Below, in pieces: positions 1 through 9,127 of a stretch of DNA of 64,000 bases; the first letter of the stretch is position 1; each line of letters starts with the position of its first letter. Source of the stretch: an uncultured Chitinophaga sp. (GTDB lineage: Bacteria; Bacteroidota; Bacteroidia; UKL13-3); NCBI GenBank assembly GCA_964355075.1, contig CAYHCF010000008.1:4795-68794 (forward strand). The letters are read 5' to 3'. A program made the translations under genes and the position numbers. Under the pieces are notes generated by a model, which was given only the letters and a program-made list of their open reading frames with translations, ran no database searches and was not told the origin of the DNA.

Positions 1-2
1 AA

Positions 3-602
3 GTAAAAGCATTTATTTCTGCATCAGCAATTGGATATTACGGAACAATTTCAACAGATAAGATCTTTTCTGAGACAGATGCACCTGCCAATGACTTTCT
101 TGGAGAGACTTGCCAACAATGGGAACAATCTGCAGATAGATTTGAGGAATTGGGAATAAGGGTAGTAAAAATCAGGACGGGTGTTGTTCTGGCTAAACAT
201 GGAGGTGCATTGGCAAAAATGATAACACCCATTAATTTAGGAATTGGTTCAGCCATCGGTAATGGCAGGCAATACTTACCCTGGATACATATTGAAGACT
301 TATGCGACATCTACATTAAAGCAATTGAGGACACCCAAATGAAAGGAGCTTATAATGCTGTAGCACCTGACCACAAGACAAACAGAGATTTTACCGAGAC
401 ATTAGCTCATGTGCTTAGAAAACCTTTTTGGTTTCCTAATATTCCAACGATTATAATGAAAATAATATTTGGGAAAATGTCGGTATTGCTTTTAAAAGGA
501 AGCAGAGTTTCATCAGAAAAAATTACAACCGCCGGTTACAAATTTAAATTTCCTAACTTTAAAGAGGCATTAGTTAATTTATTAGCAGAAAACACCAAAT
601 GA
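3..602 (+). CDS. TIGR01777 family NAD-dependent epimerase/oxidoreductase (YfcH-like), 5' truncated by window edge
   Basis: Frame is open from position 3 (VKAFISASAIGYYG...ETCQQWE) into the 150..602 ORF (RTGVVL...GGAL, LPWIHIEDL, YNAVAP, GYKFKFP), typical of this family. Confidence 0.9.
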   Translation, partial: VKAFISASAIGYYGTISTDKIFSETDAPANDFLGETCQQWEQSADRFEELGIRVVKIRTGVVLAKHGGALAKMITPINLGIGSAIGNGRQYLPWIHIEDLCDIYIKAIEDTQMKGAYNAVAPDHKTNRDFTETLAHVLRKPFWFPNIPTIIMKIIFGKMSVLLLKGSRVSSEKITTAGYKFKFPNFKEALVNLLAENTK

Positions 603-1057
603 GAATCTGGTCATTACATCCAAAATATTTAGACGCTAAGGGCCTGGTTGCATTATGGAGAGAAACCTTATTAGCCAAACACGTTTTAGAAGGCAAGACC
701 AAAGGGTATAAAAACCATCCTCAATTACAGCGTTTCAAGAAAGCAAAATATCCCCTTGAATTAATTAATCAATACTTGAGTGAGGTTTACCATGAAGCCT
801 TAAATAGAAATTACAATTTCGACAAACGAAAAATTAATTGGACATTCAAAAAATGCAAGGTGCCGGTTACGACCGGTCAGGTGAATTATGAAGTAGAACA
901 TCTGTTATATAAACTTAAAAAAAGAGATTATCATAAATACAAAGAACTCAAATTAAAATCGACATTTGATATTCATTCAACTTTCAAATTAGTAGATGGT
1001 GAAATAGAAGAATGGGAAATATTATCGGATAATGTGAAGAATGCCAGCCGATTTTAA
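599..1057 (+). CDS. Pyrimidine dimer DNA glycosylase / T4 endonuclease V-like family protein
   Basis: N-terminal MRIWSLHPKYLDAKGLVALWRE and GYKNHPQL motifs; ATGA overlap with the upstream gene. Confidence 0.8.
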   Translation: MRIWSLHPKYLDAKGLVALWRETLLAKHVLEGKTKGYKNHPQLQRFKKAKYPLELINQYLSEVYHEALNRNYNFDKRKINWTFKKCKVPVTTGQVNYEVEHLLYKLKKRDYHKYKELKLKSTFDIHSTFKLVDGEIEEWEILSDNVKNASRF

Positions 1058-1088
1058 TTTCTATGGGTTTTGAATTGTATGCCGAAGC

Positions 1089-1158
1089 CTGTAATCTGCA
1101 ATCTGTAATCTGCAAACTTTAATCTGTAATCTGTAATCTGTAATCTGTAATCTGCAAT
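1089..1158. repeat. Heptamer tandem array, consensus CTGTAAT/CTGCAAT, 10 units
   Basis: Read directly; ends immediately at the kdsB stop codon (1159). Confidence 0.95.
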
Positions 1159-1902
1159 TTATACATGCCCCATAATTTTCAGAACCTTTTCAAGGTCCTC
1201 AGGCACATCAATACAATGGCTTTCAAATTCGGTTTGAACCAATTTTATGGTAAACCCATTTTCTAACCACCTTAGTTGTTCCAGACTTTCGGCGTTCTCA
1301 AGGCTTGAGGGTTGAAGCCTCGTAATAGCCTCTAAAATATCCTTTCTATAAGCATACAAACCCACATGCCTGAAATAGGAATGATGTTGATGCCATTTAT
1401 TTTCGGGTACCCCTTTGATGAATGGAATTACCATCCGGCTGAAGTACAATGCCTCCCGCTTTTGGTTCATCACAATTTTAACTTCTCCCGGGTCGAATAA
1501 TATATCGGCACGGTTCACGGGGATCATCTGCGTGGCGATTTCGGTTTTACCATCGCAGACTTCTGCCAATTGATTGATCTGATCAGGAATGATAAAGGGT
1601 TCATCTCCCTGAATATTAATTATATAATCAAAGCTATTCCCTGATTTTTGAAAAGCCTCATAACAACGATCGGTTCCACTTGGGTGGTCCTTTTCGGTCA
1701 TTACAAATTCAGCACCAAAAGATTGAACATGTTCGGCAATTCTTAGATCATCGGTGGCAATAATCACTTTATCTATTTTCGAGGCCAATATGGTCTGTTC
1801 ATAAACCCTTTGAATCATGCTTTTTCCTAGAATATTGATCAGCGGTTTTCCCGGAAAACGGGTGCTGGCATATCGTGCTGGGATAATTCCTAAAATTTTC
1901 AT
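1159..1902 (-). CDS. kdsB: 3-deoxy-manno-octulosonate cytidylyltransferase (CMP-Kdo synthetase)
   Basis: IPARYASTRFPGKPL, SGTDR, NIQGDEP, ALYFSR and ESLEQLRWLENG motifs. Confidence 0.97.
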   Translation of the reverse strand: MKILGIIPARYASTRFPGKPLINILGKSMIQRVYEQTILASKIDKVIIATDDLRIAEHVQSFGAEFVMTEKDHPSGTDRCYEAFQKSGNSFDYIINIQGDEPFIIPDQINQLAEVCDGKTEIATQMIPVNRADILFDPGEVKIVMNQKREALYFSRMVIPFIKGVPENKWHQHHSYFRHVGLYAYRKDILEAITRLQPSSLENAESLEQLRWLENGFTIKLVQTEFESHCIDVPEDLEKVLKIMGHV

Positions 1903-2006
1903 TCCTTCAAATTAAATTGTTTTTTTATGAAATTTTCATTTTAATATCATTTATGCCTTCCATATTATGCGAATTATTTTTCAATGTTTTTCGTTAATCT
2001 TGCCTG

Positions 2007-3266
2007 ATGAAAAAAATCTTAACTGTTTTTCTACTAATTTTTTCAATGACTTCCTTCGCTCAGGCACAGGTTAAGTCAAACGAAAATGCCATTTTCGACC
2101 GCAGCGTCAATAGTGTTACCCTGACAAAACTAAATACAGATGACCGGTATCCCATCATTTCATTAAACAGCTCTGAACAGTTAAAACTAAGTTTTGATAA
2201 GTTGGGGGTTGGCTCAGAAAACCTGCAATATACCCTAATCCATTGCAATGCCAATTGGGAACCTACCCGTTTGAACCAAAATGAATATATCATTGGTTTG
2301 ACGTTTGACAATATTACTGATATCAGTTTTTCGACCAATACCTATGTTAAATTCGTGCATTACAACCTCAATTTGCCTAATGATAATATGAAGTTGAAAA
2401 TAGCAGGTAATTACCTCATAAAAATTTACCGCAACTTTGATGAAGAGGATTTGCTGTTAAGCCGCAGGCTGATTGTTTTAAATAATTCAACGATGATAGA
2501 AGGTTTTGCCCGCCCGGCAACTTTAGCCGAAAGCAGATTTTCAAAACAGGAGATTCAATTTACGGTCACCATAAATCCAAGCCAGGTGGTAAACCCCTTG
2601 CAGGATGTAAAAATTGTGATTATGCAAAACAGCCGCTGGGATAATGCCATTACAGGTTTAGCTCCGCAATTTGTTACCAATAATAAATTGGATTATAACT
2701 ACCTGGATAAAACTCTTTTTAACGGGGGAAATGAATTCAGGTATTTTGATATCAGAAATCTGCGCCAGTTCAGTGCCAATGTGAGAAGCAAAATTACCGA
2801 TACCGTTGTACATGTGATGTTAAACTACGATGAAAGCAGGGGTGCCAACCAGTATTTTCAATATGCTGATTTTAACGGCAAAAGAATATTATTTAATAAA
2901 GAAGGCAACAATTCAGACGTTGATGGCGATTATGCCTATGTAAACTTTTATCTCTCGGCAGCAATGGGTGTACCTGAGGATGCCGAAGTTTACGTTTTTG
3001 GTGAATTTACGGATTGGAGGCTTCAACCTGAATTCAAAATGTACTATAACAAAAACCGCCTACGTTACGACCTGGAGGTTCCTCTGAAACAGGGGCGATA
3101 CGAATATTGCTATGCGCAAAAAAATGAGCAGGGATTAGCAGATGAAACGCTATTGGAAGGGAATCACGCTCAAACCGAGAACGAGTATATGATTTTAGTA
3201 TATTGCCGCAACTTAATGCTTGGTTACGATGAATTAATCGGTTCAAAGAAAATTGTTTCCAACTGA
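2007..3266 (+). CDS. DUF5103 domain protein, probable T9SS plug protein
   Basis: Signal peptide; LSFD, YTLIHCNANW, AGNY, KQEIQF, GGNEFRYFD, DGDY and LKQGRYEY motifs characteristic of DUF5103. Confidence 0.75.
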   Translation: MKKILTVFLLIFSMTSFAQAQVKSNENAIFDRSVNSVTLTKLNTDDRYPIISLNSSEQLKLSFDKLGVGSENLQYTLIHCNANWEPTRLNQNEYIIGLTFDNITDISFSTNTYVKFVHYNLNLPNDNMKLKIAGNYLIKIYRNFDEEDLLLSRRLIVLNNSTMIEGFARPATLAESRFSKQEIQFTVTINPSQVVNPLQDVKIVIMQNSRWDNAITGLAPQFVTNNKLDYNYLDKTLFNGGNEFRYFDIRNLRQFSANVRSKITDTVVHVMLNYDESRGANQYFQYADFNGKRILFNKEGNNSDVDGDYAYVNFYLSAAMGVPEDAEVYVFGEFTDWRLQPEFKMYYNKNRLRYDLEVPLKQGRYEYCYAQKNEQGLADETLLEGNHAQTENEYMILVYCRNLMLGYDELIGSKKIVSN

Positions 3267-3326
3267 CCCTTGAAATGAAAATTATCATTTGATTACATAA
3301 ATAAACCACAGAAAAAACATAATAAT

Positions 3327-4454
3327 ATGAGACGCAATAAAAATTTTTTGACCCTAATGCTCGCGATTGGATTCTTGTTCTTCTTTTCCTGTAATAAAAA
3401 CCAGGAAGAAAAATCAGGCTTCGTTATTAGTGGGAAATTAGTAAATGCCGGAACGTTGAAACAGGTTAGTTTACAAGAACTTACCAATACAGGATTGATC
3501 CTAATGGATACGGCAAATCTAAATCCGGATGGCAGCTTTTCACTTAAAGGCCATTTACAGGAAAGAACTTTTTGCATACTCCGTTTAGAAAAAGGAGATA
3601 TTGTTCTATTGGTGGACACTAGTTCAAATTTCAATGTAAATATTGATTTGAATAAATTAGATAATTACACCGTAAGCGGACCCAAAGAAAATGAAGAATT
3701 AAAACAGCTTTACAACATCAATGCAGGATTTATGAAAGCCATGCAGTCGCTTCAAACCAAATTTGCAGCCTACCAGAACATAGATATTCCTTCCGACACA
3801 CAAATCCTGATCCGGAACGAATTTGACAGTGTACAACAAGCTCAAAAGAGTGCAATAAAAGATTATGTGAACTCCATAAAAAATTCATTTGTAGCTTATT
3901 TTGCGGTTAGTTTTCTTTTACCTGAAATCGATTATGATTTTTTAAACCAGATTGATAAAGAATTATTTGACAAGTATTCTCAATCAAAATATGCCATTCA
4001 ATTGCACCAAAAAGTGGAGGAGTTGAAAAAAACAGCTATTGGAGAAATCGCTCCGGATATTGTATTAAATGATCCGTTTGGAAAAAACATTTCCCTGTCG
4101 TCACTGAAAGGCAAAAATGTGCTGATAGATTTTTGGGCAAGCTGGTGTAAACCTTGTCGGGATGCGAACTCAATTAATGTTACTGCCTATAACAAGTATA
4201 AGACAAAGGGATTCGATATTTTTGGAGTAAGTCTCGATGATAACCGTGAGGCCTGGATCAGTGCCATCAACAAAGATAAATTAACGTGGAATCATGGCTC
4301 AGACTTAATGAAATGGAATTCCTCCGTTGTTAAACAATATAATATTGAAGCCATTCCTTACACCGTTTTAGTTGATAAGGAAGGAAGGATTATAGCAAAA
4401 AATCTGGGAGAAAAAGACCTTAACGCAAAATTGAAAGAACTCTATGGCTATTAG
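3327..4454 (+). CDS. TlpA-family thiol-disulfide oxidoreductase lipoprotein (DUF4369 + AhpC/TSA-like)
   Basis: Lipobox FFFSC; DFWASWCKPC active-site motif; IP cis-Pro motif. Confidence 0.9.
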   Translation: MRRNKNFLTLMLAIGFLFFFSCNKNQEEKSGFVISGKLVNAGTLKQVSLQELTNTGLILMDTANLNPDGSFSLKGHLQERTFCILRLEKGDIVLLVDTSSNFNVNIDLNKLDNYTVSGPKENEELKQLYNINAGFMKAMQSLQTKFAAYQNIDIPSDTQILIRNEFDSVQQAQKSAIKDYVNSIKNSFVAYFAVSFLLPEIDYDFLNQIDKELFDKYSQSKYAIQLHQKVEELKKTAIGEIAPDIVLNDPFGKNISLSSLKGKNVLIDFWASWCKPCRDANSINVTAYNKYKTKGFDIFGVSLDDNREAWISAINKDKLTWNHGSDLMKWNSSVVKQYNIEAIPYTVLVDKEGRIIAKNLGEKDLNAKLKELYGY

Positions 4455-4583
4455 GCAGGTAGGCAATTAAGGTAAATAGACTATAGGGGTTTAGGTGGAT
4501 AGGCAGATTTGCTAACAACCGAATAACCTACAGCCTAAATACCTATAGCCTAAACACCTACAGCCTAAACCCCTACAACCTAA
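4452..4583. repeat. Bipartite short-repeat array: G-rich TAGG arm followed by a C-rich CCTACAG-CCTAAAYA arm (about 16-bp period)
   Basis: The left arm (e.g. TAGGGGTTTAGG) is the reverse complement of right-arm units (CCTAAACCCCTA); begins at the tlpA stop and ends just before the response-regulator ATG. Confidence 0.85.
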
Positions 4584-4591
4584 AGATATAA

Positions 4592-5269
4592 ATGAAAAAT
4601 CAGATAAAAATATTGGTAATCGACGATGAAGCAGATATTCTTGAATTTATTGAATACAATTTAAAGAAAGAAGGCTATCACGTTTTTTTGGCTCAAAACG
4701 GTAAAGACGGAATTTTCAGTGCAAAAAAAAACAAACCTGATTTAATTTTAATGGACGTGATGATGCCGGTGATGGATGGCATTGAAACTTGCAAACAACT
4801 CAAGTCAGACCCTGATCTGGCTGATATCTTTGTGGTTTTTTTAACTGCACGTTCGGGAGACTTTTCTGAAATAGAAGGATTCGAGGCAGGTGCAGACGAT
4901 TATATAACCAAACCCATAAAACCCGCAGTTCTGTTAACCCGTATCCGTGCAATTCTGAGAAGAAGGGATAAAGAAATGATTCCAGACAAATTAATTATTG
5001 GAAACATAATAATAGACCGGGAATTCTTTATGGTTTACCGCGACCACCAGAAAGTTCAACTGGCACGTAAGGAATTTGAGTTGCTTTTTTTATTGGCAAG
5101 TAAACCGGGTAAAGTTTTTACCCGCGAACAAATTTTAGAAAAAGTTTGGGGCGATGATGTAGTAGTAGTGGATCGTACCATTGATGTTCATATCCGCAAA
5201 ATAAGGGAAAAATTAGGCGATTCCTGTATTGGTACGATAAAAGGGGTTGGTTATAAATTTGAGTCATGA
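4592..5269 (+). CDS. OmpR/PhoB-family response regulator (PhoP/PhoB-like)
   Basis: Receiver domain (IDDE, LMDVMMP, GADDYITKP) plus winged helix (RTIDVHIRKIREKL, GVGYKF). Confidence 0.93.
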   Translation: MKNQIKILVIDDEADILEFIEYNLKKEGYHVFLAQNGKDGIFSAKKNKPDLILMDVMMPVMDGIETCKQLKSDPDLADIFVVFLTARSGDFSEIEGFEAGADDYITKPIKPAVLLTRIRAILRRRDKEMIPDKLIIGNIIIDREFFMVYRDHQKVQLARKEFELLFLLASKPGKVFTREQILEKVWGDDVVVVDRTIDVHIRKIREKLGDSCIGTIKGVGYKFES

Positions 5270-6315
5270 TCAGAAACCCGAAACCTGTATATTTAGCTAT
5301 TTTAATTTCCTTTATCCTTTCCTTGGTATTGGGTGCGGTTTCCCTTTTATTAAATAACAGAGAACCCGTAAATGCGCTGATCCTTTTTTGGATTTGTTTT
5401 GGTTTGTCCTTTTTCGTTTTTTTCTATACACTCGAGTTTTATATATACCGAAAAATAAAGCTCATTTACAAAACCATACACAGTCTGAAAACTAAAAAAT
5501 ATAATGCCATTATAGGCAACTTTGACGGAAGCAAAGATCCCATATTAGAAATGTCAAAGGAGGTGATCCAATGGGCTCATGATTATCGCACTGAAATTGA
5601 CCAGTTAAAGCGCCTGGATGATTTCAGGAAAGACTTTCTGGGCAATGTCTCTCACGAATTAAAAACGCCGATTTTTAATATTCAGGGATACATTCACACG
5701 CTAATTGACGGAGCCATTAATGATCCGGATGTAAATATGAGATTTCTTCAGAAAGCTGCTAAAAGTGCGGATAAATTAAGTGATTTGGTAGCAGATTTGC
5801 TGACCATTTCAGAATTAGAAAGTGGAGAACATCTGAAGGAAATGGAAAGTTTCGATATCAATTTACTGGTAAAGGATGTTTATGAACAACTGGAAGCAAA
5901 AGCTAAACAGAAAAATATCTCTATGCTGATCAAAGAAGGATGCAATAAGTCCTTTTTTGTTTACGCCGACAAATATCATATCCGGCAGGTATTGGTAAAC
6001 CTCCTGGCCAATTCCATTAAATACGGAAAGGAAAACGGAACCGTACTGGCCGCCTATTATGATATGGATGAAAATATATTAATAGAAATCGCCGATAATG
6101 GGGAAGGGATTGAACAAGAACATCTCCCAAGAGTTTTCGAAAGATTTTACCGGGTTGACAAAAGTCGGGTGCGCGAAGGACTGGAAGGTGGAACCGGGCT
6201 GGGTTTAGCCATCGTAAAACACATTATTGAAGCACATAAGCAGGCCGTAAATGTTAGAAGCAGTATTGGTGTTGGAACTACTTTTGGGTTTACACTCAAA
6301 AAAAATAATCTTTAA
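5266..6315 (+). CDS. Sensor histidine kinase (PhoR-like)
   Basis: Two N-terminal TM segments, H-box NVSHELKTP, N-box NLLANSIKY, DNGEGI, FERFYRVDKSR, GTGLGL; ATGA overlap with the regulator. Confidence 0.93.
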   Translation: MIRNPKPVYLAILISFILSLVLGAVSLLLNNREPVNALILFWICFGLSFFVFFYTLEFYIYRKIKLIYKTIHSLKTKKYNAIIGNFDGSKDPILEMSKEVIQWAHDYRTEIDQLKRLDDFRKDFLGNVSHELKTPIFNIQGYIHTLIDGAINDPDVNMRFLQKAAKSADKLSDLVADLLTISELESGEHLKEMESFDINLLVKDVYEQLEAKAKQKNISMLIKEGCNKSFFVYADKYHIRQVLVNLLANSIKYGKENGTVLAAYYDMDENILIEIADNGEGIEQEHLPRVFERFYRVDKSRVREGLEGGTGLGLAIVKHIIEAHKQAVNVRSSIGVGTTFGFTLKKNNL

Positions 6316-6429
6316 TCCCGTCTTAATTAATTTTACCCTTTATTACAGCCTATTACAGGAATAATTTACTTCTAAATCGGGCTTTTTTGCTGAAATCACA
6401 AAATCAAAGGATAAATGTTTAAAAAAAAG

Positions 6430-6459
6430 TTGGCTAAGTGGCTTAAAAAATTATATTTG
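6430..6459 (+). promoter_or_regulatory. Bacteroidota-type primary sigma promoter (-33 TTG, -7 TATATTTG)
   Basis: TATATTTG at 6452-6459 with TTG at 6430-6432, upstream of the START-like gene. Confidence 0.6.
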
Positions 6460-6489
6460 CCAATGTGGATGAATGATAACATCTGAATA

Positions 6490-6876
6490 ATGATTAAGAC
6501 TATAAGAAAAAAAATTAGAATGGAATTTGAGATTAAGGCATCTCCAGCCATGCTCTTCAATTACATAAGTTCACCATCCGGCCTTTCACAATGGTTCTGT
6601 AATGATGTTGATATTTACAATAATTTATACAAATTTAAATGGGATGGCGATGAAAACATTGCTGAAATGATTAAGAAAACAGTCAATAAAGGAATTAAAT
6701 TTCGTTGGAAAGATTCTCATCCCGATGAGTATTTTGAATTTGAAATTCAACAGGACGAATTAACAGATGACGTGGCATTGGTAGTAGTTGATTTTGTGGA
6801 TCCCAGCGAAGAAGTTAATGCAACACTGCTATGGGAAAATCAGGTGCATGAACTGCGTACCTTGCTGGGGGGCTAG
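6490..6876 (+). CDS. START-like (SRPBCC) domain protein
   Basis: EFEIKASPAMLFNYISSPSGLSQWFCNDV and EFEIQQDELT motifs of the Bacteroidota START_2 family. Confidence 0.85.
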   Translation: MIKTIRKKIRMEFEIKASPAMLFNYISSPSGLSQWFCNDVDIYNNLYKFKWDGDENIAEMIKKTVNKGIKFRWKDSHPDEYFEFEIQQDELTDDVALVVVDFVDPSEEVNATLLWENQVHELRTLLGG

Positions 6877-6901
6877 CAATAACTTGCCAGAATAAATTGT
6901 T

Positions 6902-6942
6902 AAAATCCGATAATATTTTCTATGATATTGTCGGATTTTTTT
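6902..6942 (+). terminator. Probable intrinsic terminator
   Basis: Stem AAAATCCGATAATAT / ATATTGTCGGATTTT followed by a T run. Confidence 0.6.
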
Positions 6943-7053
6943 GCTCTGAACCCGAATTGGTTTCAGATAGTAAGCATCAGAAATTAGCTCTTTTCCAATA
7001 ATTGTCAGATAAATTGCCCATTTTTGTTCCCGGTTCATCATACCGTATCAAGC

Positions 7054-8499
7054 GTGAAGAAGTTTAATAAACTAATTTTAGGAAGCTACTTATCTACTTT
7101 AATCCCAACATTTTTAATAGTGATGTTGATTTTAATGATGCAGGTAATCTGGCTTTATGTGGATGAACTTATAGGCAAAGGATTAGAATGGACGGTAATT
7201 GCCGAGCTGATGTTCTATTTTTCTGCAAGCCTCATTCCTCAGGCTTTGCCCCTTTCTGTACTTCTTTCTTCCATCATGACTTTCGGGAACTTGGGCGAAA
7301 GTTATGAGTTGGTTGCCGCCAAGGCATCCGGCATTTCAATCTGGAAAATGTTTCAGCCCATCTATTGGGTATTGACCGTTATTGCCCTTTTCGGTTTTTT
7401 TGTATCAAATATTTTAATCCCTGAAGCCAATCTCAAGCGAGGATCTTTATTATATGATGTAAGGCAACAAAAGCCTGCCTTAACTATCAAAGAGGGTGTT
7501 TTTAGTCAGGACATACCCGGAATTACACTTAGAGTGGGGAAAAAGGACAAAAAAACACAGGAACTTCAGGATATCGTAATCTATGATTTGCGTGAAAGTC
7601 AATTGCATCCGGTAATCATTTATGCTAAAAGGGGAAATATGTCGATGAGCGATGATAAACGATACCTGTTTCTGACCCTGCATGAAGGTGCCCGTTACGA
7701 AGAAATGGAAAAACAGAAGGGATATTATCAGTCGCAGCAACACACTACAACTGCTTTTCTGGAAGAACGAATAGCTTTTAATTTGAATAGCTTTAAATTT
7801 AACAGAACCGATGAGAACCTCTTTAAGCACCATTGGGAAATGCTCAATATTCTGGAACTTCAAAGTGCCGGTGATTCACTCGACAAAGTGGGCCAATATA
7901 AATTAAATGAATTATCGGGTTTTATTTACCCATATTATTATTTTACCCGCTTAATAACCGACAGCAGCGGACAGATAAAGAAACTGAAACCTATTTTAGT
8001 TAAAACCAGGGAACCCGATATTACCAGTCATTTTGCAAGTTTGGATGCTGCCGGTATCTATAGCCTTGCCCTTAATAATACCCGAAGCGTAAAAAATATT
8101 GTCGAATACAGTATCAACGAATACAAAGATTTAACCTTGCTCAGAGCGCGACACAAGATTGAATGGCATCGTAAATTTATATTATCTATTTCTTGTATCG
8201 TTTTGTTTTTTATTGGTGCTCCATTAGGTTCGATTATCAGAAAAGGTGGATTTGGCTTACCCATCGTGGTATCAGTTTTAATGTATGTAAGCTATCATAT
8301 TGTTTCTTTATCGGGAGAAAAAGCTTCAAAAACTTTAGTCTGGAGCCCAATGAGCGGAATGTGGCTGGGCATCTTTATTTTTATTCCACTTGGCATTTTC
8401 CTTACCTATCAGGCCGCGAATGATTCAAAAATCTTTGATCAGACTCTCTATTTTAAGCTTGCAAAAAAAATACAACAATTTACCAAAAAGAAGACCTAA
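7054..8499 (+). CDS. LptF/LptG family LPS export permease
   Basis: MQVIWLYVDELIGKGL, ALPLSVLLSSIMTFGNLGESYEL, IEWHRKF and IGAPLGSIIRKGG motifs; GTG start at 7054 preferred over TTG 7024. Confidence 0.92.
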   Translation: MKKFNKLILGSYLSTLIPTFLIVMLILMMQVIWLYVDELIGKGLEWTVIAELMFYFSASLIPQALPLSVLLSSIMTFGNLGESYELVAAKASGISIWKMFQPIYWVLTVIALFGFFVSNILIPEANLKRGSLLYDVRQQKPALTIKEGVFSQDIPGITLRVGKKDKKTQELQDIVIYDLRESQLHPVIIYAKRGNMSMSDDKRYLFLTLHEGARYEEMEKQKGYYQSQQHTTTAFLEERIAFNLNSFKFNRTDENLFKHHWEMLNILELQSAGDSLDKVGQYKLNELSGFIYPYYYFTRLITDSSGQIKKLKPILVKTREPDITSHFASLDAAGIYSLALNNTRSVKNIVEYSINEYKDLTLLRARHKIEWHRKFILSISCIVLFFIGAPLGSIIRKGGFGLPIVVSVLMYVSYHIVSLSGEKASKTLVWSPMSGMWLGIFIFIPLGIFLTYQAANDSKIFDQTLYFKLAKKIQQFTKKKT

Positions 8500-8516
8500 A
8501 GTTACGTTTTGCATTC

Positions 8517-9065
8517 ATGAAAATAATTGAAAACATAAAGAATACCATTGGCAGATACCTTCTTCACAAAGGCATTAAAAAAACTACTAAAAAAGTGGAA
8601 GTGCCTTCATTTAACAATATCCATGAAATTGGCATTGTTTACAACGCAACTGAAAAAAGCAATGAAGACACCATACTTCGGTTCGCAAATTACCTGAGGG
8701 AGGAAGGGAAAAAGGTTTTCACGCTGGGTTATTTAGATGCAAGGACATTGCCTTTCAATAAAAAGCTTCACATTCAGTCTGAATATTTCTGGAAAGAGAG
8801 ACTTACTCCTTTTAATTTACCTGACCCGGTAAAGATCGGTAGGTTTATGGATACGCATTTTGATTTGTTAATGAATATTTCCTTTGAAGACATCCTGTCT
8901 ATTCAGGCCATTTCGGCTTTAAGCAAAGCCAAATACCGCATGGCCGCTCAAATCCCACATGCACTTTCCTATAACGAAACATTAATTGATACCGGCAGCA
9001 ACAAAGACCTCAAAAACCTGGCCATGCAAATGGAGCACTATCTAAAGTCGGTGCAAAGAAATTAA
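8517..9065 (+). CDS. Conserved Bacteroidota hypothetical protein (DUF6913-like)
   Basis: IGIVY...F..LG Y, FMDTHFDLLMN and SKAKYRM pattern resembles DUF6913; assigned from memory of the family. Confidence 0.55.
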   Translation: MKIIENIKNTIGRYLLHKGIKKTTKKVEVPSFNNIHEIGIVYNATEKSNEDTILRFANYLREEGKKVFTLGYLDARTLPFNKKLHIQSEYFWKERLTPFNLPDPVKIGRFMDTHFDLLMNISFEDILSIQAISALSKAKYRMAAQIPHALSYNETLIDTGSNKDLKNLAMQMEHYLKSVQRN

Positions 9066-9096
9066 TTCCGTTTAGACTATATTTAGCTCCTTCCCC

Positions 9097-9127
9097 ATTT
9101 TCAATTTTCAATTTTCAATTTTTACAA
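9097..9127. repeat. Heptamer tandem array ATTTTCA x3 plus a degenerate unit
   Basis: Read directly; abuts the stop codon at 9128. Confidence 0.8.

Noticed and set aside
1035-1088. Integron-like cassette recombination site after the glycosylase gene (AATGCCAGCCG...)
   Set aside because: No complementary second half or RYYYAAC/GTTRRRY pair is visible, so an attC-like fold cannot be supported.
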